Assembly: GCF_006345805.1 (NCBI RefSeq)
Contig: NC_042997.1
Location: forward strand, 24,862,001-24,926,000
Origin: Octopus sinensis
Taxonomy: Eukaryota
DNA: 64,000 bases
Reading direction: 5' to 3'
Position 1 is the stretch's first letter. Each line of letters starts with the position of its first letter. Positions 1 to 11,900 of the stretch are shown here, piece after piece. Below the pieces are notes generated by a model. The model was not told where the DNA came from and did no database searches. It worked only from the letters and a program-made list of their open reading frames with translations. The position numbers and the translations under genes were made by a program.

Positions 1-1452
1 TATATATATATATATACGCAAGAAGTTGAGGTTATAGAGATAATGGTGTCATTGAGACCCAAAGGTGTCAGGTAATGCTGAATAAGTGCTATGAGACCTA
101 TAAATGCTCTATTATCTATACAGCCTTGGTTTTTTTAAATCTTATACTTGTGCTTTTGAATGTATGGATTCTTTCCGTTTCCTCGCCTACTGTTATTTCT
201 GTGTTATCTTGATGCTCTACGGTGGTTTAATTAAGAATTTTAGCTCTTATTTCTAGCAGGTGTATGCTTTTGTGCATCCTTACGCTTCCTGCAAATACTT
301 TTATCTTATTACGCAAAATATTCTTATATATATATATATCCGTTTTCGTTCTGTTGATATTTTCGTCTTCTTGTGATGTCCTGTACGTATATATATATAT
401 TTATATATGCATGTATATATACATGTAGATGTCGGTACGTACATATATGTATGTATGTATGCATATATTTTATTTATTACACTATTGTCTGACAGCGCTT
501 CGCGTCGATTTCGTTTGAATTTTCGATTTTTCGAATTCTCACTTCGTTCCGTCTCCTTCCTCCTTGTCCGTTTTTACAGTTTACTACAATGATGCGAAAC
601 TCTCTCCCTTTGCTTTAACTTCCCCCCTCTCTCTCTCTCTCTCTCTCTCTTGCTCTCTCTACCTCACCCTTCTCTGTAGCCTGTGTCTTCCTCTATCTGT
701 CTCTCTCTCTCTCTCTCCTACTCCTCCTCACTTTCGTCACTGCTAAACCTTTCCGCCTGTTGCATTCAGGCCCTAAGGTCATGTTTCCTCGCGCTCGCCA
801 GGTACCCTCTCGTCCCAGCCAGAACAAAGGCCTCCGTTCGTCTTTTTCGTTTGTTCTCTTGTTTATTTTTGATTTCTCGTATTGTAATTTAATTCTCGTT
901 ATGTATTTTCGTGTATATGTATCTTTAATTTTGTATTATTTTTTTCTTGTATGTATTTTTTTGTGCAGTTCTTTGTTACGTCCCTTTTTGTGTTACATTT
1001 TTTCTTGCTCGTTTACCCCTCTACGAGTTTATTTTATTTTAATTCCCTCGTAGGAAGGCCTAGCTTGACCTTACGTGTTCTGTCTCTGCCTTCGAAACAC
1101 GTGTCTGCTAGCGACAGCTGATGAAGGGGATTTTTCCTTGTGTAGCATGTCCTGTACTTCGTTTTTCTGCTGCACATAATTGTTTTTCCCGTTTTCGTTT
1201 TCGTTTCGTCTTGTTCCACGTCTCTGTCCTTCTGTTGTAACAAAATGTCTTCTCCGTTTTCGTTCTGTTGATTTTTTCGTCTTCTTGTGATGTCCTGTAC
1301 GTATATATATATATTTATATATGCATGTATATATACATGTAGATGTCGGTACGTACATATATGTTTGTATGTATGCATATATTTTATTTATTACACTATA
1401 TATATATATATATATATTTGTTTTTGGTGCAAAACATTTATTAAACGCTATA

Positions 1453-1548
<96 letters not shown>

Positions 1549-2331
1549 AGCAGGTGTATGCTTTTATGAATCCTTACGCTTCGTGCAAATTTATAATTCA
1601 TAGCTAAATAAAGCTATTTGCTTGCGGACCACCTATGTTACTGCTGTTGATACCATCAGTTTTAAATTTTATTCACTGATGATATTTACAGTAGTAACAT
1701 CTTATTTAAAATCTCAGTGTTTGAATGTTTTTTTTCATAAATATTTCTCCACTAAATACTGTGTTTTGGGTGCAAAACAAAACCAGTACACTAGCGCAGT
1801 TTAATGTGACGGCCTTGAATTTTTACTCGGTAGTCCACACTGAAGAAGCCTTAAGGATTAAATTTCCAAAAGCCGAAACCCGGGTATGTGGATGTCCTAA
1901 ACTGCGTTATCTTTCATAGTTGTGCTTTTGAATGTATTAATTCTTTCAATTTCCTCGCCTACTGTTATTTCTGTGTTATCTTGGTGCTGTACGGTGGTTT
2001 AATTAAAACTTTTAGCTCTTATTTCTAGCAGGTGTATGCTTTTGTACATCCTTACGCTTCCTGCAAATTTGTAAGTTATAGCTAAATAATGCTATTTGCC
2101 TGCAGATCATCCATGTTACTACTGTTGATATCATCAATTTAAAATTTTATCCACAGATGATATATTAACAGTAGTGACATCACTCCTTCAACATTTCTAT
2201 TCTATCTCACAATCGACCTTGATTTTAACTTGCAATATGAAATAAAATATAGTTGTTCATCGAAACATACACAACATTAATGTGACTTCTCTCTTCCTTC
2301 CTTAAAATTGATGTTTACTCTGTGAGAATTA

Positions 2332-2652
2332 AAGACTCCGCCGGTTACGACGACGAGGGTCCCAGCTGATACGATCAACGGAACAGCTTGCTCGTGAAAT
2401 TAACGTGCAAATGGCTGAGCATTCCACAGACACGTGTACCCTTAACGTAGTTCTCGGGGATAATCAGCGTGACACAGAGAGTGACAAGGCTGACCCTTTG
2501 AAATACAAGTACAACTCATTTTTGCCAGCTGAGTGGACTGGAGCAACGTGAAATAAAGTGTCTTGCTCAAGGACACAACGCGTCGCCGGGAATCGAACTC
2601 ACAACCTTACGATCATGAGCCGAATGCCCTAACCACTAAGCCACGCGCCCTC
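2332..2652 (-). mobile_element. tRNA-derived SINE, family C, with 15-bp target site duplication
   Basis: Minus strand starts with a tRNA-like head (GAGGGCGCGTGGCTTAGTGGTTAGGGC...GAGTTCGATTCCCGG, A and B boxes). Exact direct repeat ACTCTGTGAGAATTA at 2317-2331 and 2653-2667. Confidence 0.9.
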
Positions 2653-2809
2653 ACTCTGTGAGAATTATAACATAGCTATCTGGTATACACTCCTCAGATT
2701 TGAGGAGTGCTTACATAGATAATTTTACTTAGACAATGTTTCGGCCAAAGTTTGCCCCAGGCCACATCTAACTTCATAGCATCACTTGATAGGATCTGTT
2801 AAAACATTT

Positions 2810-3480
2810 TAAAGTCAAGTTTTGTGATATCTTGGCTCATTCATGTACGAAGTTATTATTGACAGAAATGTATTTAGATATAGGAAACTTATCTGGGATC
2901 CCTTGAAAAAATTTCTCCAATATTCGTTTGAAGGTGATGGGATCTTTTTCGTTTTTGATATTTTTTTCGGTAATGTTAAATAGAGTAGGGCCTGTTTAAG
3001 AAAAGAAAATGTGTTACAATGAATATATGTATTTTGAACCTGAATTGTGTTGGAGCGCATAGCATGTGACCCCACGTTTAGATGTATTCTGAATCTAATG
3101 TTAAGCTCGTTTGAGTAATGTTGATGGTATATTCCGCACATTCTGCAAAGGATGTAGCGCTCACAGTGGTGCTAGGCAGAATAAATACTCAACAGTTTGT
3201 CACAGTCCCAATAATCAAGACCAGACATGTCTTTCATTTTATTTTTTCATTGAATGCTCACTGGGGTGACTCAAGTCTCGGAATGTTTGGTGAGCGGAGA
3301 TCAAAGGAGGCAGCAGTATTCTAGTACAGAGCGGAATATCAATCAACCAGTCACAAAAGAGTTACGTAATCTTGTTCATTAGATAACTGCTGTTCCTATC
3401 ATAAGTGCCGCTCTCAGTGCAAGCACATCATAGTAAAAAAAGTGCTATCTAACGAAACTTAAGGCGTAAATCATGATCAT
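2810..3480 (-). pseudogene. CR1-like LINE ORF2 C-terminal remnant, degenerate
   Basis: Minus-strand frames give LEYCC..., MSGLDYW...IYS...ERYI, ALLYLTLP and RNFFKG(IPD)-like segments typical of the CR1 RT C-terminus, with many stops and frameshifts. Confidence 0.6.
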
Positions 3481-3903
3481 TCCACCTTCATTGTTATATA
3501 CACACACATACACCTTTATATATGAGTCTTTAGTACAATCATGAGCATGCGTATATATGTATCTATGTAAGTATGGATGTGCTTGTGTATGTATAACAAT
3601 TAACCTTTATTGTTTCAAGTCATTCGACTGCTGCCGTGCTGGAACTCTACCTTGAAGAATATTAGTCGAACGGATCAACGTTAGTACAGGCACTTATTCT
3701 ATCGATCTTGTTTGCCGAGCTGCTAGGTTTCGGTGACGTATACACACGAACACTGGTTGTCAATAGGTTGTTGGGGAGCAAACATAGACATCCTCCCACC
3801 ATATGTATATATATATATGAATATATATATGTATATATATATATATAGATATATATATATATATATATATAATATATATTATTATTATATATATAATATA
3901 TAT

Positions 3904-3936
<33 letters not shown>

Positions 3937-4140
3937 TATGCCTGTATTGGTTTTCGTTTTCCGTTTTCTTGTTTTTGTTTTTTGGCTTTTTCTGTTTCTA
4001 CGTCTTATTGTGATGTCCTGTACTTCCGTATAATTATTTATATATGCATGTATATATACATGTAGATGTAGGTACGTACATATATGTTTGTATGTATGCA
4101 TATATTTTTATTTATCTCCTATATATATATATATATATAT

Positions 4141-4530
4141 AGGCGAAGGAGTGGCTGTGTGGTAAGTAGCTTGCTTACGAACCACATGGTTCTGGGTTCA
4201 GTCCCACTGCGGGGCACCTTGGTTAAGTGTCTTCTACTATAGCCTCGGGCCTTGTGAGTGGATTTGGTAGACGGAAACTGAAAGAAGTCCGTTGTATATA
4301 TGTATAATATATCTATGAGTATGCGTATGTTTGTGTGTGTGTGTTTATCTCCCAACATCGCTTGGTAACCGACGCTAGTATGTTTACGTCATCGTAACTT
4401 AGTGGTTCGGCAAAAGAATCTGATAGAAGAAGTACTAGTCTTACAAATAATAAGTCCTGGGGTCGATTTGTTCGGCTAAAGGCGGTGCTCTTGCATGGCC
4501 ACAGTCAAATGACTGAAACAAGTAAAAGAG
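4141..4530 (+). mobile_element. tRNA-derived SINE, family A
   Basis: Head AGGCG(A/C)AGGAGTGGCTGTGTGGTAAG...GGGTTCAGTCCC, central GCCTTGTGAGTGGATTTGGTAGACGGAAACTGAAAGAAG, internal TA/TG repeat, tail GGCGGTGCT...GACTGAAACAAGTAAAAG. Repeated many times in the window. Confidence 0.9.
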
Positions 4531-4548
4531 TATATATATATATATATA

Positions 4549-4591
<43 letters not shown>

Positions 4592-4656
4592 CCTCGTGTG
4601 TACCGTTGGCGATTTTTTTTCTCTGTCTTCCCTTCTCTGGATCTTTCCTCTCCTAT

Positions 4657-4691
4657 GTTTCCGACGAAGAGCTCCGCTCGAAACGTTAAAT
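4657..4691 (+). ncRNA. Variant minimal hammerhead-like motif in a short PLE-like repeat
   Basis: gttt-CCGACGA-A-gagc(tcc)gctc-GAAA-cg-TT-aaat. Related motifs at 30282, 31076 (minus) and 51135. Confidence 0.4.
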
Positions 4692-4777
4692 CCTCCTTCT
4701 TTCCTGAGCGTCCAATAATACTATATTTGTTCCACGTCCTCGCGTTGTTGTGTTTTTTTGTGCTTTCTTGTTTGGAT

Positions 4778-4819
<42 letters not shown>

Positions 4820-5525
4820 GTATATACGAGAGATTAGAGAAGAAGTCACTGTCACGCAGTGTAACTAACGTCGGTACTATTTGTGTCGAAAGGAAAATTC
4901 TCACAACAAAGTCACGTCAGCTGCTCTATCTGCAATGCCCCAGGGTGACTGAACTCTGGGCTTGCGTCGAACACCTGCTGTCGCATTCGAGAAGAGTACA
5001 ACTGTCAAGCGAATCTGTAATTAAGATCGTTCCGCCGACCTCCCTGAATAGGAAGGAGCGAGCAGCCTGTCTTCTCTCGGTGATTGCTGCTGAGAAAGAG
5101 GTAGTATAGAAGACGAGAGTGAAAGTAATTGCAACAGGCATGTTTATCTCCAGTCTCGAGCTGATCGACATTTTCGTTTTCCACACGAAACGGAAAATAA
5201 TGCTGGAGAAGAAATGTCTGTCGCAAAATGTGTTTCGTAAAAGATGGAAGTCTATAGCAAGTATGTTCCGAGTGAAAGAACCTGTTTAATCGAGAATCTA
5301 AAAAAGGAGAAAGCAAAGTCTTCAGTGTGAGTATGTGGTTTGTGGGGTCAACCGTGTCCTCCGCTTCATTTTTTGTTAATCACTCATTCTCATTTAATTG
5401 TATATATCTTAATTGTTTGTTTATTCATACGTTTCGTCTCATTCGATACCCTGACCCCAACATTTGTTTTGTCTGTCCCCGTATTGTCCCCTCTTTTTCT
5501 CAACCTTATGGTGAATAAAGAAATA
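4820..5525 (+). mobile_element. Tx1/L1-clade LINE 3' fragment (ORF2 C-terminus plus 3' UTR)
   Basis: Peptide LQCPRVTELWACVEHLLSHSRRVQLSSESVIKIVPP is homologous to VQCPTISDLWAYVEQLLSRVGRVGLSAESIVNIVTP of the Tx1 copy at 52.4-52.8 kb. Ends AATAAAGAAATA directly into (CT)n. Confidence 0.75.
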
Positions 5526-5845
5526 CTCTCTCTCTCTCTTTATATATATATGTTTTTTTTTTCATGTTTAGTTACAATTTTACACTAACATGCTGTACTC
5601 TGTACTTTGTAGAGTACAAATTCAATTAGTTTTAAACATTTTAGTTTTTGTGTTTTCGTTTCCCGTTTTTTTTAACCTTCTGCGTTTTCTCTTTGCTGCC
5701 CTTTTCTCAGCTTTTTCGCGTCTTCTTTCTTATTCAATTTTTTCTTAGTTCGTTATGATATGTGGTTTGTGCCTGATGAAGACGTTTGATATATTTCTCA
5801 ACATATGAACTATTAGCAGCACTTAAAGACATGCATTGTGTCCTT

Positions 5846-5907
<62 letters not shown>

Positions 5908-6337
5908 TATTATATACAAAATGCTTAATTATTTTTCGTTTCATTATACGGTTTCAGGAATTTTGTTTCTATCATTGGACTCCATGCATGCTGAACCCCG
6001 CCCCCCCCCCCCAAAAAAAAATTCACGGCTGCAAAGCTAGCTTCTTAGTTACACAGCCATGCCTACGTGTAACGTGCACAACTTTTCTATCATCACCGCA
6101 GTGAAACTAAATATAATTATTTAAAGCTTAGAAATTCTAATCTTGATTAGAATTATGTTGGCTCGTGGTATATAATAATAGGAAATTTACATCTAGGTGA
6201 ATGAAAACAAGATAAAGAAATTGGCTATCACTTCATGTGCCATGGATTTCTTCAAGAATGAAAGGATCTAAGCAATTACAATTACTACTCACAGGTATCT
6301 AATCCGAAACCAATATGAAGAATATCTTACTAAGAAT

Positions 6338-6530
6338 AGGCGCAGGAGTGGCTGTGTAGTAAGTAGCTTGCTTACCAACCACATGGTTCCGGGTTCAGTC
6401 CCACTGCGCGGCACCTTGGGCAAGTGTCTTCTACTAAAGGCTCGGACCGACCAAAGCCTTGTGAGTGGATTTGGTAGACGGAAACTGAAAGAAGCTCGTC
6501 GTATATATATATATATATATATATATTATA

Positions 6531-6572
<42 letters not shown>

Positions 6573-6588
6573 TATATATATATATATA

Positions 6589-6669
<81 letters not shown>

Positions 6670-6900
6670 GTATATGTGTGTGTGTGGTGTGTGTGTTTGT
6701 GTCTGCTTGTCCCCCCAACATCGCTTGACAACCGATGCTGGTGTGTTTACGTCTCCGTAACTTAGCGGTTCGGCAAAAGAGACCGATAGAATAAGTACTA
6801 GGCTTCCAAAGAATAAGTCCTGGGGGTCGATTTGCTCGATTAAAGGTGGTGCTCCAGTATGGCCGCAGTCAAATGACTGAAACAAACGAGTAAAAAAAAA
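6338..6900 (+). mobile_element. tRNA-derived SINE, family A, with expanded internal (TA)n
   Basis: Same head, central domain and tail as 4141-4530; about 170 bp of TA repeat inside. Confidence 0.9.
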
Positions 6901-6902
6901 AA

Positions 6903-7120
6903 GAAGGGGTGCTGAAAAGTTCCTGGCTTTAAGGGTATCGCGAAAGGCTTGGCTGAAGGCCCAAAACTTTCCAGTTCTTTTACAGGGCTTAGAAAAAAAA
7001 CTAAATGTGCGCTGCAATAAGAGTGTGAATCTGAGGAGGAAATATGTTGAATATAATCATAATTAACTGATCCTCCTGTATATTTTTACCCAAAGGCAGG
7101 AACTTTTGAACACACACTCG
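6903..7120 (+). mobile_element. Mariner-derived MITE
   Basis: Imperfect TIRs GAAGGGGTGCTGAAAAGTTCCTGGCTTT / AAAGGCAGGAACTTTTGAACACACACTCG followed by TA. The interior keeps a mariner C-terminal remnant (RCNK.VNLR..YVE). Confidence 0.65.
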
Positions 7121-7663
7121 TATATGTAAATGTTAAAAGAGTGTCAAAATGATAATTATTCTGACTGGATTTTATAAATAATTTTGAATAGGTTAAATAT
7201 AGTTCAGCAACCAATACCCAGTTTGTTTGCTTTTTATACTTCTGTTCCTACTTTCATATTTCTGAAATCACATTTTGCTGATAAAAATAAGTAAAAGTGC
7301 TTTAGGGTGGACTGGATTTGCACAGCAGGACAATGGACCACAGAAATATAGAAATACTCCTGGGGTTAGCCTGATTCCAAATATAGAACACATTTTAGTT
7401 AGGAGGGGTGGCCCCTTCCCCAAGCAACGAAGTGTATCAAGCAAGAAACTATACAAATAATCGCACAGAAAATTATATACACCAGTTTAGATTTTAAAAG
7501 AAATATCAGTTCGGAGAAAAATATCAAATAATTGTTGGAGAATATAATCATTAAATTGACTCGACGGATGTATTGCATTTAAATACGTGCCAGCATGCCT
7601 ACAGAATACTCTAAACTGGGATATGTGGTGTGTATTGTGCGGGCGTACGGGCGTGTGTATCCA

Positions 7664-7714
<51 letters not shown>

Positions 7715-7736
7715 TATATATATATGTGTGTGTGTG

Positions 7737-7767
<31 letters not shown>

Positions 7768-8750
7768 GTATATGTGTGTGTGTGTGTGTTTATGCATATA
7801 ATATACTTATGTATGTATGTATTTATGGATGGAGAATTATACACTCCACTAAATAGCACCGTCTTAAGATTGTCCATGGAGAAGGACATAGAATATCGAT
7901 TAACACAATACTGTAATTTAGAATTATATTTAACGTACGAAGTAATAATTCGGGTTAAGGTAATAAGTTCATTTTACTTAGTTCCTTGAATGTACATATT
8001 ACTTGTAAACAATAACAATAACTCACACAGATTTATACATCAATATATATGTAGAAGTGCTAACACACTATCGTAAAGATAGTCTCCTCACTCAAAATAC
8101 AAGACCATGCTTATTTAATATGGTGTATGTTTGAGGGAGGCTCAAACACAAGTGAAGTGTAAAATCTGTGTTACTCCATCGTTAATACGCCAAGCTTAAC
8201 CTGTAGAGCCTTAATCCAACTAGCACCGGCACCAGCACCAGCACCACCAAACCATCCACAACAGCCCCACTAGCACCGTCACCAACAACACCATCACCAC
8301 CGGCACTACCAGCATCAGCACTACTATTATAACAGTTGACATTGGTTGGTTGATATAGCATGTAATTTACGTCTCGGTGTGTGTGTATGTGTGTGTTGTG
8401 TGTGTGTGTGTTAGTGTGCGTGTGAGGGACACAGAAGAGCAGTTAGTGTGCGAGCGAGTTCATTATTGTGCTGCTGTGTATTTGTGCATGAGTTAAAGAC
8501 TTCATGAAAGTGGTTTTGTTATGTGTCTGTTGTGGGGATATGTGTGCGGATGCAAAACGTGTGTTCGTAATATTGTGTGCGCGCGCGTGTATGTATGTGT
8601 GTGTGTGTGTGTGTGTGCATAAGTATATTCGTGTATTTGGTACGAATACTGCTGTGTCGTATGAAGTCAATGGCTGATCGTCTGTGAGGTCTGTGCTCGT
8701 TTGTACGGGTTCTTGCGAAGGCATGTGTCCATTGGTAGCATAATGTTGTG

Positions 8751-9155
8751 CTGGCAGAATCGTTAGCACGCCGGGCGAAATGCTTAGCGGTATTTCGTCT
8801 GCGTTACGTTGTGAGTTCAAATTCCGCCGAGGTCGACTTTGCCTTTCATCCTTTCGGGGTCGATAAATTAAGTACCAGTTACGCACTGGGGTCGATGTAA
8901 TCGACTTAATACCTATGTCTGTCCTTGTTTGTCCCCTCTGTGTTTAGCCCCTCGTGGGTAATAAAGAAATATGCATTTAATACCTCTGTACATCCTGAGT
9001 TTATATTCCACTGAGATTCACTTTGCCTTTCATCCCTTCGGGTGCGATGAAATAAGTAGCAGTTGAACATTGGGGTCGATCTAATCGACTTAATACCTAT
9101 GTCTGTCCTTGTTTGTCCCCTCTGTGTTTAGCCCCTTGTGGGTAATAAAGAAATA
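8751..9155 (+). mobile_element. SINE family B dimer flanked by a target site duplication
   Basis: Head CTGGCAGAATCGTTAGCACGCCGGGCG...GAGTTCAAATTCCGCC and two body+tail units ending TAATAAAGAAATA. GGTAGCATAATGTTGTG(CTGG) is repeated at 8734 and 9156. Confidence 0.8.
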
Positions 9156-10138
9156 GGTAGCATAATGTTGTGCTGGAAAGTGGATATTATATGTGTAACA
9201 AAACAATGTGCTGTGTTCATGTAGCTGGAGGTGTTGAAGGAAGTGTTAAGGTGCAAGCATTTCGTAGTGGTTATCGCCTCTTCAGACACATAAACCGGAT
9301 AGGATGTGCTGCGTGCTGATGTGCGAGATCACCCCACTTGATATTGCCGTCATCATACAATGACTGGGTAGCTGGCACTACGAGTTGATTTTGGTTTATT
9401 TACACCATTTTTGTACAGCAAGAAAATTTCTCCATAAGAAAATACGGCGAATGACTTTCTTGCGAGCTCGAATATGCCTTAAACATATTTGAACTGGTAA
9501 TAATCTTTTGTTTATTTATACACAGCACTGTTTCGTTCTGCCAACCCGCAATTTATTTACGAAAGACTGCTGTACAGTGACTGGAATATCATAAGAGAGA
9601 CAATCTCTCTTACAAGCTCGCAGCGCACTCTGTCCAGTTTCTGTGACTGAAGCCGAGGTAACTACTCCAAAATCCTGGCATCCTACAGTGTGAGTAGGTG
9701 GCGCTGCGAGCTGATATTTAAGTATTGCTTTTAATTGAAATTTAATTACAAAGTCCATTCGAGTTTTTAAAAGTGAAATTATTTTGTTATCTGCTTTTGT
9801 TTATCTGTCAATGATCAGCAGTTTGTTTTTGTTTTGATAACATGAGACCAAGTACTAAGAGTTAGAAATAAATAAATTACAAACAAAGTGTCTACAAAGT
9901 GTCAGGTGGTCAACATTTATAGTATTGTTAATTAGATCGCCTCCTTCACCAGAGTATATATTATAAAAGCTTAATCTAGACTCAGTCACACATGTACACA
10001 AATATACATACATATATGTACATAGGCATTGAAATCTCCCTCTTTCTCACTCACTCACTCTCTTTTTCTATCAATATCTATCTATCTATCTATTTATCTC
10101 TCTCTCTCTTTCTCTCTCTCTATCTATCTATCTATCAA

Positions 10139-10177
<39 letters not shown>

Positions 10178-10225
10178 ATATATATATAATATAGATATAT
10201 ATATATATATATATATATATACATT

Positions 10226-10380
10226 ATTTTAAAAGCAGTAGAAATATAACAAATGATGTTACTCAGAGTTTCACGTCCCGTTCGTCGACAGTTTTGTTAA
10301 AATTTTAAAAGAACTGTCCGACGAAAGGGAACGTGAAAATCTGAGTAACAGCCTTTGTTATATTTCTGCTGCTTTTAATA
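10226..10380. repeat. Inverted pair of degenerate hammerhead-bearing PLE terminal-repeat-like units
   Basis: 10226-10293 is the reverse complement of about 10312-10380. Each unit reads ctgt-C(T)GACGA-stem-GAAA-ctctgag-TA-acag, matching 18200-18270. Confidence 0.7.
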
Positions 10381-10454
10381 AAGCCCATTACTCTACATCT
10401 GGTATTTCAGTACTCTTTTTTTCACCTTGTTTCATATCTATGTGCTTACTCCGG

Positions 10455-10573
<119 letters not shown>

Positions 10574-11329
10574 AGGTACATATAACTACATAGATAAATA
10601 GAAAGAGAGATACAGTCACATAGGTGAAAGTTCAATATTGATAAGGTGTTACCTTCTGGATTTAATATAAATACAACTATGTACCTAAAATTATTGTTTT
10701 CAAAAGTTTAGAAGCCAACAGACATAGTGCCTCTTTCTTGGGCTAATTGAAGCACCATTCTTTACATTCCATGTGACATCTTTCGAAATCATTTTAGAAT
10801 TAATGCAAAAAACTTTATTTCTCTCCACTGATTTATATTGCGCCAACGAGGTAAATGTTTCTGGTGCTTTTAATTAAAACGTAACATACGCTTAATAAGT
10901 TATATCTACCAATTAATTTTAATTAGATCCAACCTCTACCAGATGTTTTTTTCGATTTATTTTTCGGCTGTAATTACTTATGTTGAGGACATAGGCGTTA
11001 TATTTCAGCAAGAAAGAAATTGCTTTCTTTCTCTAATGCTTTTGTCTTTCCAATCACAGATTTATAATACGTTATTTAAACTTCATTGTAAATATCTGAA
11101 TTGTGTGCGCGATTGTGTGTGTGTGTATGTATGTGTGTGTGTATGACTATATATACGTGTATGTGTGTGTGTATGACTATATATACGTGTATGTGTGTGA
11201 TAGAGTATGTGTCTTTGTGTGGACGTCAGTATAGGTATGTATGCTTATTTAGTTAGATTAATTGTTATAACAAAGAATGCAAACTTCTTGGTGTATAATT
11301 GCGATAGGAAAAACAGATTGAATTCTTTT

Positions 11330-11544
11330 TAGTTTGTATAGAGAAAGCGCGCGGGTACACACACACGCGCGCGCACACACACACATACACACACACACAC
11401 ACTCACACACTCACACTCCTTCACGCACTCTCGTTCTTTCTCATATATACATATAAGCGCATAACAATATATATATATATAAGTATATCTATATACGTGG
11501 GTGTATATATATATGCACACATATATATGTATATATATGTGTAT

Positions 11545-11606
<62 letters not shown>

Positions 11607-11770
11607 ATATAATGGGTATATGCATATGTTTATATATATACATATACATACATATATATGTATATATATATATGCATACATATATATATATATGTATATA
11701 TGTATATGCACATATATATATATATATATATATACTTACATGTATATGTGTATGTATATATATATATATG

Positions 11771-11852
<82 letters not shown>

Positions 11853-11900
11853 TATATATATTATATATATATATATATATATACATGTGTGTGCGTTTGT
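11330..11900. repeat. Compound (CA)n/(TA)n/(TATG)n microsatellite block, representative of dozens in the window
   Basis: Directly visible. Comparable blocks at about 1400-1545, 30410-30535, 31170-31310, 33710-33970, 40400-40540 and 47500-47780. Confidence 0.95.

Noticed and set aside
5768-5822. CTGATGA after GTGC as a hammerhead candidate (also CTGATGA at about 57060)
   Set aside because: No properly placed stem II/GAAA; the 57060 instance lies inside mariner coding sequence.
7275-7460. Possible exon or RTE 3' remnant
   Set aside because: Similarity is too weak to assign either way.
9516-9758. 80-aa minus-strand ORF in non-repetitive sequence
   Set aside because: No recognisable motif and no convincing splice pair.
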